A DNA stretch of 64,000 nt, taken from the NCBI GenBank assembly GCA_047605185.1, contig JASGGC010000012.1:4630-68629 (forward strand). The letters run 5' to 3'. The stretch's first letter is position 1, and every line of letters begins with the position of its first letter. Made by a program: the position numbers and the translations under genes. The DNA comes from Dysgonomonas sp. Its GTDB lineage: Bacteria; Bacteroidota; Bacteroidia; Bacteroidales; Dysgonomonadaceae. Under the pieces are notes generated by a model. It ran no database searches, was not told the DNA's origin, and saw nothing but the letters and a program-made list of their open reading frames with translations. Below are positions 26,639 through 36,293 of the stretch, piece by piece.

Positions 26639-27904
26639 TTATTTACCGACTCTTACAATCTTTCCTTCTATTGTTTGCTCATCCTTTAATAAATTATAGA
26701 TAGGGCATACAGATTCTACCTTATCCCTAAGTTTTTCAATTTGGTCTATAGGAGCCGGAGATTTTACATGTACAGTATAATGAATGTCGTACGGATAACT
26801 TGGTGTTTTCTCAAAACCTGCACGTCCTGCACGTATATCTGTTGTGCCTTTTACACTAACTTCTAATGAATCGAGTGGAATTTCACCCGCTGCTGCCTGA
26901 ATAAGAAATATGTGTGTAAGGCAACTAGTTAAGACTCCTAACTGATGCTCTTTCGAGCTAGGACCTAAATCACTTCCGGCCAGATAGGTTGGATTATCGT
27001 GCAAAATCTGAAATTGTCTGATTTGCAAACGTCGAACGCCAGTCTTGCTATCTACTGTTATTATTGGACCTGTTGGCTCTTTTTCGCCTATTGTGATCGG
27101 GTTGTTTTTACGTTCCTCCTCTCTTTTCTGAGCTTCGGCTTGAAGATGCAGATAAGCAATCCGTTTATACTTCAAATATTCACGTAGACCCGGTTGCCCT
27201 CCTTCGGGAATTATAACTTCTTGGGGAGTTTGCTCATAGTTAATATCACCGGTTACTATTTGAGGTTTCTGTATAAAGTTGAATATGGCAGAATTTCTTT
27301 CTGCCGCTTGGCGGAGTTCCTCTAACTGTTCATCACTTGCAGACGATTTTATATAGGCTGTATATAAAAAGTTGCGAGGATAACTAACCCTATTAGTTGG
27401 TTCTGAATCGGGACGATTAATGATTTCAATTTTTAGTGAATCGAGCGGAATTCCTTTTATTGCTGCCTGATTCAGGTAGCTGTCAGCCAAATCACTGGCT
27501 ATGATTGCTACTTGCGACTCTGGCGATCCGGGTCCTAGGCTATAACCGGCAAAATTTGTTTCGCTGTCACTTATTATTTGAAATCCTCGAATACGTATCC
27601 TGCGTACACCAGCCCGTTGTTCTGCTGTTGTGCGTGCCTCCAATGTGATTGGTTGCAACTCGTTACTAGGCAGGCTTTGGAGTTGGAGGAGAGCTTTGCG
27701 TCTGTATAGCAAATGATCGTTGAGAGTAGGAACATTTTTTTTCGATTCTTCTTTAGCAGCCTCAGTTGTAAATATTGATTTTGGCTCGCCAGATACTATT
27801 GCACTTTTTTGAGCATATATATAATTAATCGGTAATGATCCTAGTAAGGCAAAGGTTAGGACTCCTCTTCGCAATGCTTTTTGATATTTAGATGAAAATC
27901 TCAT
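26639..27904 (-). CDS. Secreted protein with two tandem OsmC/Ohr-like domains
   Basis: 421 aa. The signal peptide is ...LLGSLPINYIYAQ with no lipobox Cys. There are two homologous halves, about residues 60-225 and 240-421. The C-terminal half has OsmC-like motifs with both cysteines (DLGPSSKEHQLGVLTSCLTH; VESVCPIYN). In the N-terminal half these positions read SLGPGSPESQVAIIASDLAD and ERNSAIFN, with no Cys. Confidence 0.7.
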   Translation of the reverse strand: MRFSSKYQKALRRGVLTFALLGSLPINYIYAQKSAIVSGEPKSIFTTEAAKEESKKNVPTLNDHLLYRRKALLQLQSLPSNELQPITLEARTTAEQRAGVRRIRIRGFQIISDSETNFAGYSLGPGSPESQVAIIASDLADSYLNQAAIKGIPLDSLKIEIINRPDSEPTNRVSYPRNFLYTAYIKSSASDEQLEELRQAAERNSAIFNFIQKPQIVTGDINYEQTPQEVIIPEGGQPGLREYLKYKRIAYLHLQAEAQKREEERKNNPITIGEKEPTGPIITVDSKTGVRRLQIRQFQILHDNPTYLAGSDLGPSSKEHQLGVLTSCLTHIFLIQAAAGEIPLDSLEVSVKGTTDIRAGRAGFEKTPSYPYDIHYTVHVKSPAPIDQIEKLRDKVESVCPIYNLLKDEQTIEGKIVRVGK

Positions 27905-27939
27905 AATATTCTATATTAAATTATTATTAGTAATTATTT

Positions 27940-29487
27940 TTATTGGAAACTCGCATATGGATTTGCTCCTGTTTTTGATTCCTCATAACCATCATATCCC
28001 CAGTTTTGCCACAAACCTTCCGGATTTATATTACGTTGTGATTGAGGGATCGGGAAGCGATAATTTTTAAGTTCTACAGTCTGTTTTTTGAATGCTTCGT
28101 CAACTCCAGATTCTTTCAATGTTTTTACGAAGATCTTCCATCTAACCAAATCGAGCCAGTGATTTTGTTCGTATGTTAACTCAAATACTCTTTCTGCTTG
28201 TATTGCTTTTTTAAACCCATCATAGTTCAGCCCTGAAGGGAGGTCGTCAGATGATGTTTGAGTGATAGGGAAGTGTCTGAATGCACGTCTGCGAACTTGG
28301 TTTATTGCTTCATATGCCTCAGAAGAAGGGCCGTTATTATATTCATTTATTGCTTCTGCTTTTATTAGGAGTACTTCTGCATATCGTAATATAGACCGGT
28401 TTATATTGCGATTACTTGCAGAGCCTAACGGATCACTTGTGTCAATATATTTCCGATAGCGGGGAAGTGTGAATGTAAATATTGTATTTGTAGCCGGGTT
28501 GTATAGCTCTTTGGCATATGTTCCGGTTTTTCTCTGGTCTTGATCGTCAAATGCATTATAAAACTTAATGTCAGAAATCAAGACATGTGGAGTAGAGTTG
28601 CTAAACCCGCTCGAAAATGCACAGTGTGCCAAGTGGTTTCCTCCACTGCCGTCTGTTGCTGTTGATAATGTATGTTGGGTAGAAAAAATACTTTCCTTTC
28701 CATTCTTATTATTTATATCCCAATTTGCAAGATAATCTTCTTCCAGCTCATATCCGGTTACATTGTTGGCAGCTTCAATCGCTTTCTGAAACTTTTCTTT
28801 CTTGGCTGTTGCACCACCCGTTTCGGAGGTCTGTCCCCATGTCAAATAGACTTTTGAAAGCAGGGTATAGGCTGCACCTCTGCTAGCCCTTCCTTTGTCG
28901 CTGTCTGCATAATTGGCTACATCTGGTAAATTTTCTGTTGCGTTTTTTAGATCTGTTACAATTTGTGTATACACATCATCTACAGCAGCTCGTGTAGTTC
29001 CGGTCCCATCTATATTGTGTAGAATCAGAGGTACTTCTCCCCAGAATTGAACAGCATAGAAATAGTAATAAGCTCTAAGAAACTGTGCTTCACCAATTGA
29101 TCGTTTTTTTATTGATTCGGATACGGTACTTGATTCCGACAATTTATCTATAACGTCATTTGCACTCGTGATACCTACATATAGGGCTGTCCATACAGAT
29201 GTTACATAACTATTGGTCGGTTCCCATTGCATAAGTCCCAGCAATCCACCTCCACTATTTGGGTTTTCACCTGATACGGTAGTTTCTGTTGTTAGGTCTG
29301 TCATATAGCCAAGGGCGGTGCTAATACCTACATTTGGGGCATATACACCATTGGAAAGTGCAATGGCGTCATCATCTGTTACAGGGAAATTTCCTCCCAT
29401 CAGTTTGCCAATGGGTGTCACATCGAGACTGTCACTGCATGATAGCAGTGTTACTGATAAAATCAGAATATATAATAACCTTTTCAT
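27940..29487 (-). CDS. SusD/RagB-family nutrient-binding outer-membrane lipoprotein
   Basis: 515 aa with the lipobox LLSC followed by acidic residues (SDSLD). SusD-like segments are FLRAYYYFYAVQFWGEVPL and RYAEVLLIKAEA. It lies directly downstream of SusC. Confidence 0.9.
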   Translation of the reverse strand: MKRLLYILILSVTLLSCSDSLDVTPIGKLMGGNFPVTDDDAIALSNGVYAPNVGISTALGYMTDLTTETTVSGENPNSGGGLLGLMQWEPTNSYVTSVWTALYVGITSANDVIDKLSESSTVSESIKKRSIGEAQFLRAYYYFYAVQFWGEVPLILHNIDGTGTTRAAVDDVYTQIVTDLKNATENLPDVANYADSDKGRASRGAAYTLLSKVYLTWGQTSETGGATAKKEKFQKAIEAANNVTGYELEEDYLANWDINNKNGKESIFSTQHTLSTATDGSGGNHLAHCAFSSGFSNSTPHVLISDIKFYNAFDDQDQRKTGTYAKELYNPATNTIFTFTLPRYRKYIDTSDPLGSASNRNINRSILRYAEVLLIKAEAINEYNNGPSSEAYEAINQVRRRAFRHFPITQTSSDDLPSGLNYDGFKKAIQAERVFELTYEQNHWLDLVRWKIFVKTLKESGVDEAFKKQTVELKNYRFPIPQSQRNINPEGLWQNWGYDGYEESKTGANPYASFQ

Positions 29488-29523
29488 TGTCTTTTTGTCT
29501 TTATGTTTATTATATCTATGTGA

Positions 29524-32500
29524 TTAATATGCAATATTTACTCCGAAAGAGAATGTTTTTGCAGTAGGATATGCACCGGCATCTATGCCACTCGAAATTT
29601 CAGGGTCATAGCCTGTATATTTAGTGAATGTCAATAAATTTTGACCGGTTGCAAATACCTTGAATTTTGTTTGAGGAGCTTTTGCTATCTTGATAGGAAG
29701 AATGTAGCTTAATGTTACATTCTTGAGACGCAAATAGGATGCATCTTCAATATAACGGCTATCTAACCAAGTGGAAGATGTTACAGAAGCTTTTGCAATA
29801 GTGTTCGATGGATTGTCGGCTGTCCATCTGTTAACAAGGCTTGCCGAAACATTGTAACTGGTAGATGGAGATTCTAAATCTTGTCTCAGAAGATTGCATA
29901 TCTGATTACCTTTGCTGCCTTGAAATGCAGCAAACAGGCTTAACGATTTATATCGTAATGTTGTAGAAAAGCCATATGTAAAATCCGGTTGGATTGAACC
30001 TAATACAACTCGGTCTTCATCTTGGGTGATTTTTCCGTCTTTGTTCTGATCTACATATTTTACATCGCCTGGCTCCACATTAGTCTTCCAACTTGGAACC
30101 GGAACTTTCGATATGTCATCACCTTCTTGTACTATTCCATCAAAAACAACTCCATAGAAAGACCCCAGCGATTCGCCTTTTTTTACAATTGTGTTTCCCG
30201 AAAGGAAATAGTCCAGATTGCCAATGTCGGTTATCTCATTTTTATTTGTTGCAATATTTGCAGACAAGTTCCATTCCAGATTTTTTGTTTCGATAATATT
30301 TCCTGCTACACTAAACTCGATTCCTTTATTAGTAACATTACCCACATTTTTTAGCATAGTACTGAATCCGCTTGTTATTTCGACAGGTACATCCAATAGT
30401 AGGTCTGTTGTTTTCTTGTAATAAACATCGGCAACAAATCCTAATCTGCGATCGAAGAGGTTTAAATCGAAACCTACATTATATTGGGAAGTTTGTTCCC
30501 ATTTTAGGTCTGGATTTTCAGCATTCGATCTGGCATAAGCTGTTACAAGTTGATTGTTGAACGAATATGTTTTTGTTGTATATGTCGCTTCATATCTATA
30601 ATCTCCAATCTCCTGATTCCCTACTGTACCTAAACTACCTCTTAATTTCAAGTCATTGATTGTTTTATTGTTTTTCAGAAATGATTCTTCGCTCGCATTC
30701 CATGATAATCCTATCGAAGGAAAATACCCCCATTTGTGATCTTTTGCAAAGCGCGAAGAACCGTCGGCTCTCAATGTTGCTGTCAAATTATACTTGCTAC
30801 GGAACGAATAGTTTACTCTACCTAATACCGAATTAAGAATTGATTCAGAACCTCCCGAACTAGGAGATATCAATGTAGAACCTCCTTGAAGATTATGATA
30901 GGATAATTGCTCATTTGCAAAATTGCTAGCTGATGCTATGGCGTACTCTATATTGGTAGTCTGAGTAGTGTATCCCCCTAAGATGTCGAAGAAATGATCA
31001 TTATTCAACTTTTTTGTATAGTTGAGGGTGTATTCGAACTGCCATGAGTCTGATCTTCTGTTGGCTATACTTCCATATCCTTTAGAAAGGAAACCCGGAG
31101 CAGAAGATGACGGAGCAAAGAAATTCTGGGTTGTATTGATAAGATTTGTACCAGCACTGAATTTTGCCACAAGTGATGGTATGATCGTATATTTTGCAAA
31201 AAAGCTACCAATCACTGTATTGTTTTTTGTTTGCGAAACAGTGTTGTTCAAGTCAGATATAGCATTTACTGTACGGTCTCCAAATCGTAAGTCACCTTTT
31301 TCGAAAAGGTTATTGTAGTTATAACTTCCATCTGCATTGTATATAGAAACCACTTGCGGTATTCGCAATACATAATCGAGCGAGTTAGATACTCCGTTAA
31401 CATATAGACCTGTATAATCACTCAAGCCATTCTGCTCCATTTTTCCGGCTGTGACATTGAGCCCGATTGTTAAGTTCGAGAACAAATCCCGCTCAAAATT
31501 GAAACGTCCACTATAGCGTTTGAAGTTCGTATTTAGCAAGATACCATCTTGGTCACTATAGTTTCCGGATAGTAAATATCTGGTTTTCTCGTCACCGCCA
31601 CTGATCGATAATTGATGATTTTGAGTTGTGGCTGTACGCAATGCTGCATCTTGCCAATTTGTACCTTCTCCAAGTTGTGCTACCTTATCAGCAGTTAATC
31701 CGGTTTCACTGATATTATCTTTCGATGCTATTTCCAGATACAATTCGCCCCATTCTTTGGCATTCATTAAATCCAGTTTCTTTCGTGCCCATTGCCATCC
31801 GATAGAGTATTGGTATTCGATATTGGTTTTCCCTTTTTTACCACTTTTTGTCGTGATTATAATTACTCCATTTGCACCTCGTGAACCATAAATGGCTGAA
31901 GCAGAAACGTCTTTGAGTACTTCAATCGATTCAATATCATTCGGATTTAATGCTGCCAATGGATTTAGTGCTCCACCCGAACGGCTGATTCCTATATTAT
32001 TTGTCGAATTGTCATTGTATATAATTACTCCGTCAATAACATATAGCGGTTCATTCCCTCCATTAATAGAGTTTCCTCCACGGATACGGATATTTGAGGT
32101 TGCTCCCGGTTGTCCTGAACTTTGAGACACGTTTAGTCCTGAGACAGCTCCACCTAATAATCCATCGAAAGATGTTGATAGTTGTGATAATGAGCCTTTT
32201 GGTATGGACGAAATAGCTCCTGTCAGTTCTTTTCTTTTTTGTGTACCATACCCAACTACCACTACTTCATTTAGATAGTTTAGATCTTCAGATAGAGTGA
32301 TAATGATAGGTTCCGTTGCTTCATAAATATCTATCTCTTGGTCTTTGAAACCGACCAGTTTAACAGATAAGGTAATTGGCAATGCTTCGCGTATGGTAAA
32401 TGAAAAGCTACCATCTATATCTGTAATACTACCTTGTGTGGTTGATTTTAGAGCTACTGATGCACCTACCAAAGGTTCTTTGGTTCTCTCATCAAGTACA

Positions 32501-32628
32501 TGTCCGTTGATGATTGTTTGACTGTATAAACTACCGGAAAACAATAGTATGCCTAATGTTACAAAAATATGTTTGTTAACATATGATAATTGTTTCCTCG
32601 TTCTGAGAAATCTGATTATATTTATCAT
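29524..32628 (-). CDS. SusC/RagA-family TonB-dependent outer-membrane transporter (no STN domain)
   Basis: The track ORF begins at a TTG (32658). I place the start at ATG 32628 (MINIIRFLRT...). It has a carboxypeptidase-regulatory-like domain (INGHVLDERTKEPLVGASVALK..TDIDGSFSF), a plug (VVVGYGTQKRKELTGAIS) and a C-terminal ...GVNIAY. Confidence 0.9.
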   Translation of the reverse strand: MINIIRFLRTRKQLSYVNKHIFVTLGILLFSGSLYSQTIINGHVLDERTKEPLVGASVALKSTTQGSITDIDGSFSFTIREALPITLSVKLVGFKDQEIDIYEATEPIIITLSEDLNYLNEVVVVGYGTQKRKELTGAISSIPKGSLSQLSTSFDGLLGGAVSGLNVSQSSGQPGATSNIRIRGGNSINGGNEPLYVIDGVIIYNDNSTNNIGISRSGGALNPLAALNPNDIESIEVLKDVSASAIYGSRGANGVIIITTKSGKKGKTNIEYQYSIGWQWARKKLDLMNAKEWGELYLEIASKDNISETGLTADKVAQLGEGTNWQDAALRTATTQNHQLSISGGDEKTRYLLSGNYSDQDGILLNTNFKRYSGRFNFERDLFSNLTIGLNVTAGKMEQNGLSDYTGLYVNGVSNSLDYVLRIPQVVSIYNADGSYNYNNLFEKGDLRFGDRTVNAISDLNNTVSQTKNNTVIGSFFAKYTIIPSLVAKFSAGTNLINTTQNFFAPSSSAPGFLSKGYGSIANRRSDSWQFEYTLNYTKKLNNDHFFDILGGYTTQTTNIEYAIASASNFANEQLSYHNLQGGSTLISPSSGGSESILNSVLGRVNYSFRSKYNLTATLRADGSSRFAKDHKWGYFPSIGLSWNASEESFLKNNKTINDLKLRGSLGTVGNQEIGDYRYEATYTTKTYSFNNQLVTAYARSNAENPDLKWEQTSQYNVGFDLNLFDRRLGFVADVYYKKTTDLLLDVPVEITSGFSTMLKNVGNVTNKGIEFSVAGNIIETKNLEWNLSANIATNKNEITDIGNLDYFLSGNTIVKKGESLGSFYGVVFDGIVQEGDDISKVPVPSWKTNVEPGDVKYVDQNKDGKITQDEDRVVLGSIQPDFTYGFSTTLRYKSLSLFAAFQGSKGNQICNLLRQDLESPSTSYNVSASLVNRWTADNPSNTIAKASVTSSTWLDSRYIEDASYLRLKNVTLSYILPIKIAKAPQTKFKVFATGQNLLTFTKYTGYDPEISSGIDAGAYPTAKTFSFGVNIAY

Positions 32629-33265
32629 AACTTTTTTAATGAGCACTTCCAATACCAATTGCCAGCGGAGGAGGAAGTGTTTGTTTTTTATAAACTATTC
32701 TATAAGATTACGTCTCCTTTCCCTTCAAATTTTATTCAAAGAGTACTTGTTGTTTGAGTAAGAAGATGTTTTGTATCGAAGCTAATGTATAGATATCAAT
32801 CAGCTTTGATTTGGGGTGAGTGGAATTAGCGAAAACACATTCGCATTCGAAGAAGGAGATGGGTCGGATTAGAAACTCTCGATAAATGAGAATTTGATAT
32901 GCTGCCTGCATATTGCTTTGTTTCGGAAAAATGCCTTCGGAAGCCAGTTTTCAACTTGATTAACTGTGTCATTGTCTGTCTTATTTAAAATTAGTTTTTT
33001 TGTGTGATAAAATTAAGGCATTTTAACTTGTTTCGAAATACCATAAATGCGGTATATTTTATTCTATTGCTAATATATTTTTAGCAAAGACTTTGTTTGT
33101 AGGACTTTATTATTTAATCATTAAGATTTTAATTAAACAGATATATTCAAATAAGGCTTATGAAAATTTTTATTGTACAATTCGTCTGATTTATACATTG
33201 AAAGGTAATAAATTATATTTGGCTGGCTTCATAGATTAGCTAGTATTTGATAAAATATTTTCATT

Positions 33266-34150
33266 TTATTCAACCCATGTTATTTGCGAGGATTGTATGA
33301 TCCACTTATCCTCTTCTTTTTTTAAGATTGCTTCTCCCCCTTCGTATACAATTCTAAAATATATTTTTGCATACTGCATTTCTTTGTCAAAAATGATAAT
33401 TTGGACTTCTGGGTAAGTAATCAATTGCCAGTAAGCACCCCAATGGCCTTTATATATTTTGATTTTATGTTCTAAAAATTTCTTTCTTGAATTGATTGTT
33501 TTAAGTGGTAAATAGGTAGTGTAGTGAAGCCTTTCATTGTTTCTGTCAATCTGACTGCCTAAAAAAAATGTCAACTCTATTTCATATGGTAAAGTAAGGT
33601 ATACAGCCTTTTGTTTATTTGTAAATGATATATCTGGTCTAAACTCTGCTATAGTATCAATAAATAAAAAATCATTTCCGTATAATTCTTCTACATCCCG
33701 ATCTTCTTCTGGAAATTGGGACAAGGATAGCCTTAGAATGTCAAGACTGTCTTTTCCGTACTTTGATAGGAGTTCTTCATAAATAGTCTTTTTTTCATCA
33801 ATAGTATAATAAACTTTATTTTGAATTCGAATTGGTAATTTGGGTTGTATAATCAAATAGCTTACATTCTTATATCTGTCGTCATTTGATTCTAGTTTGT
33901 CAATATTATTTAATCTAGAATTATAAAAAGCTTTGAATACATTATATGCTTCTTTTGATGTGTCAGATAAATTGAGAAATTGGTTGTCTGAGATTGGTGG
34001 TATTTCACGTCTCCATAACTCGAAAAAATCATCAAGTTTTTTTTGAGATTTTTCCTTATATGCTTCATCCAATAATGTAAACTGTGAGAACGCTTGATTA
34101 GTGATAGTTATAGATAGCACTAAGAGGAAACATATTTTTTTTATAAACAT
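33266..34150 (-). CDS. Hypothetical secreted protein
   Basis: 294 aa with signal peptide MFIKKICFLLVLSITITNQAFSQ. I recognised no family. The region is AT-rich. Confidence 0.6.
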   Translation of the reverse strand: MFIKKICFLLVLSITITNQAFSQFTLLDEAYKEKSQKKLDDFFELWRREIPPISDNQFLNLSDTSKEAYNVFKAFYNSRLNNIDKLESNDDRYKNVSYLIIQPKLPIRIQNKVYYTIDEKKTIYEELLSKYGKDSLDILRLSLSQFPEEDRDVEELYGNDFLFIDTIAEFRPDISFTNKQKAVYLTLPYEIELTFFLGSQIDRNNERLHYTTYLPLKTINSRKKFLEHKIKIYKGHWGAYWQLITYPEVQIIIFDKEMQYAKIYFRIVYEGGEAILKKEEDKWIIQSSQITWVE

Positions 34151-34335
34151 ATTTTTTTATTTAAGATCTATTTATAAACTTTCAAAGATAAATACTATCT
34201 GTGATGTAATTATCCATACAAATACATCGTGATTAATAAAGATGATTCTGTACTATTTTATCTTTGTTCAAAAACAGAAATTTGAGCACTAATAAAATCT
34301 TCACAATTAAATTTTATAAGTATACACTGTTGAAC

Positions 34336-36291
34336 TCAACATAATTGATTATCAATAGATAGCTCTACAGTTGTTTGATCTTCTTGTTGACTGACAGATA
34401 TTTTTCCATTGATGGCCTGAGAAAAATCGTAAATTAATCGTAAGCCCAAGCCATCCGACGAAGAATAATCGAGACGATTTCCAATAAGTGAGTCGATCAC
34501 TTTTTGGCTCATTTCAGGCCCATTATTCGATACTCGAAAACAGATTCTACCTTCAGAGGCTGATATCTGACATAATACTTTTTGTGGATTCTCACTCTCA
34601 GATGCTTTTAAGCTATTGCTGATAAGATTGCGCAAAATTGTTTTTAAATAGTTAAACTCTGTCGTTATTTCAAAATCACTGTTGTAGTTGAATGTGATCT
34701 TATCGTTATTGTTGAAGAATATCTTTAACTCTTCATATAGTTTGGATACTTTAAATGTAGATAACGACAACGAGTAATTAGACATTATATTCTTACTCCA
34801 TTGCAAAAGGTCTTCCATGCTGAATAGTAGATTTTCTGTCATTTGCATAGCTTGTTTATTCAGTTTTAGCATTTCATCAGACGATACATCATCCGATGAG
34901 AGAACATTTTTGATTTGCAAGAAACCTATTAGACTGGCTACCGGTTGCCTTAAGTCGTGATTGATAATCCCAAGAATTTGGTTTTTAATCGAATTAGATT
35001 CAGTTAAATCCTTATTCAGTATCTGAAGTTGTTTGTTATTCTTTTTTTGCTTGTATATGAATATAACTAACATTACAAGTATGATTGTCGATAAGATGAT
35101 ACTGATATAATACATCTTTATCTCATTCTCCTTATTCTTTAATCTTTCTGCTGATAATTGTAATTCATATTCGTGTTTTTCTTCCTGTTGCTTGAGTTCC
35201 AGAGTAGTTATCTTATTTTGATTTTCTCTAGTAAATATATGAGTGTATGATGATGTTAATTTCTCCAGATTTTCTAACGATTTTTCAAAGTTACCTTCCA
35301 TCTTATACACCTCATAAGCAAAAACATAATTATTTATTATTATACTCGAGTCTCGTGCTATTGCATCTTTGTCATTAGATGACTTTTCGATATAGTACTT
35401 CGCTTTTTCTAAATATTTTTTTCTTTGATTGTAGGATGAATAATGTTTCGCTGTACTTGTATAAGCATTAATAATTGTATTATATAGAAAAGGTTTACTT
35501 TCGTTAGGCGCTTTTTCTAATGCATTCTCTATTTGTGTTATGTATCCGTTGATAAGTTCAGGACTCTCTCCGGCTGCAACAAGGCTCCCGACTACTGCTG
35601 CTGACATATTCAGTTGTATTGCTTTATTTTTCAGAGGCGTTGTATCTTGTTGCATTTTATCTACAGCTTTTTGATAATATTCAGCAGCTTTCTTGTGCTC
35701 CCCTTGCTGTTTGTATATGTCAGCTACAAAACTCAATGCAAGCCCCTGAATATAAGGAGATTCTTTCTCTGACTCTTTGATAGCCTCATTGGCATATTTG
35801 AATGCAATATCATACTCTTTCTCCATGATGTAGATTGATATAATCATCGAATAGGCTTTAAAAACATAGAGGGTGGTACTTTTATTTTTCCTGCTGTGCT
35901 TCATTGATAAAAAGAAGTTTTCCAAAGCCTTGGGAGGGTTGGGACTTGTTTTAAAATAATAATGACCCAATTTATAATAAGCTTCGCTTAATCCTTTATC
36001 CCAATTCGCTTTTTTAGCTAATTCAATAGCCTTTAGGGTATTCTCTTTATATACTTCGGGATCAGGATTCGTTTGATTTTGAAAGTCGGCCAGCATAAGG
36101 TATATGTTAGCTTTTGTAGTATCATCTTTTGCCAAAGCGAGAGAATTCTGAAGCGAGTCGCGACGTTGTATTACCTCTGATTGGGCGTATAATGGTTGAA
36201 TAAAAATCCCTATAAAAAGTATAGATAATAAGACTATTCTTTGTATTCCTTTACTTTTAATATGAAACTTGATTGAGCTATTTATTTTCAT
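34336..36291 (-). CDS. Sensor histidine kinase with N-terminal TPR-like repeats
   Basis: 651 aa. It has an N-terminal signal/TM segment, a repetitive TPR-like region of about 350 aa, a coiled coil and a TM segment (ISIILSTIILVMLVIFIY). The kinase boxes are an H-box INHDLRQPV, an N-box NLISNSLKAS and a G-box DGLGLRLI. Confidence 0.85.
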   Translation of the reverse strand: MKINSSIKFHIKSKGIQRIVLLSILFIGIFIQPLYAQSEVIQRRDSLQNSLALAKDDTTKANIYLMLADFQNQTNPDPEVYKENTLKAIELAKKANWDKGLSEAYYKLGHYYFKTSPNPPKALENFFLSMKHSRKNKSTTLYVFKAYSMIISIYIMEKEYDIAFKYANEAIKESEKESPYIQGLALSFVADIYKQQGEHKKAAEYYQKAVDKMQQDTTPLKNKAIQLNMSAAVVGSLVAAGESPELINGYITQIENALEKAPNESKPFLYNTIINAYTSTAKHYSSYNQRKKYLEKAKYYIEKSSNDKDAIARDSSIIINNYVFAYEVYKMEGNFEKSLENLEKLTSSYTHIFTRENQNKITTLELKQQEEKHEYELQLSAERLKNKENEIKMYYISIILSTIILVMLVIFIYKQKKNNKQLQILNKDLTESNSIKNQILGIINHDLRQPVASLIGFLQIKNVLSSDDVSSDEMLKLNKQAMQMTENLLFSMEDLLQWSKNIMSNYSLSLSTFKVSKLYEELKIFFNNNDKITFNYNSDFEITTEFNYLKTILRNLISNSLKASESENPQKVLCQISASEGRICFRVSNNGPEMSQKVIDSLIGNRLDYSSSDGLGLRLIYDFSQAINGKISVSQQEDQTTVELSIDNQLC

Positions 36292-36293
36292 TT

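Noticed and set aside
32629-32658. N-terminal extensions implied by track starts: TTG at 32658 (SusC), 39963 (barrel), GTG at 44078, 52303 (DUF3823), 62490 (thioredoxin-fold protein) and TTG at 63997 (antiporter).
   Set aside because: Downstream ATGs give canonical signal peptides or lipoboxes right at the N-terminus. The alternative-codon or upstream starts add non-signal residues. The antiporter frame simply continues off the window.
32855-32885. Possible attachment-site remnant: gggtcggattagaaact resembles the plus-strand image of the tRNA-Pro T-arm (gcgggattcgaaccc).
   Set aside because: Only about 10 of 15 positions match. There is no integrase or recombinase between this site and the tRNA, and no second flanking repeat. 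This is most likely chance similarity.
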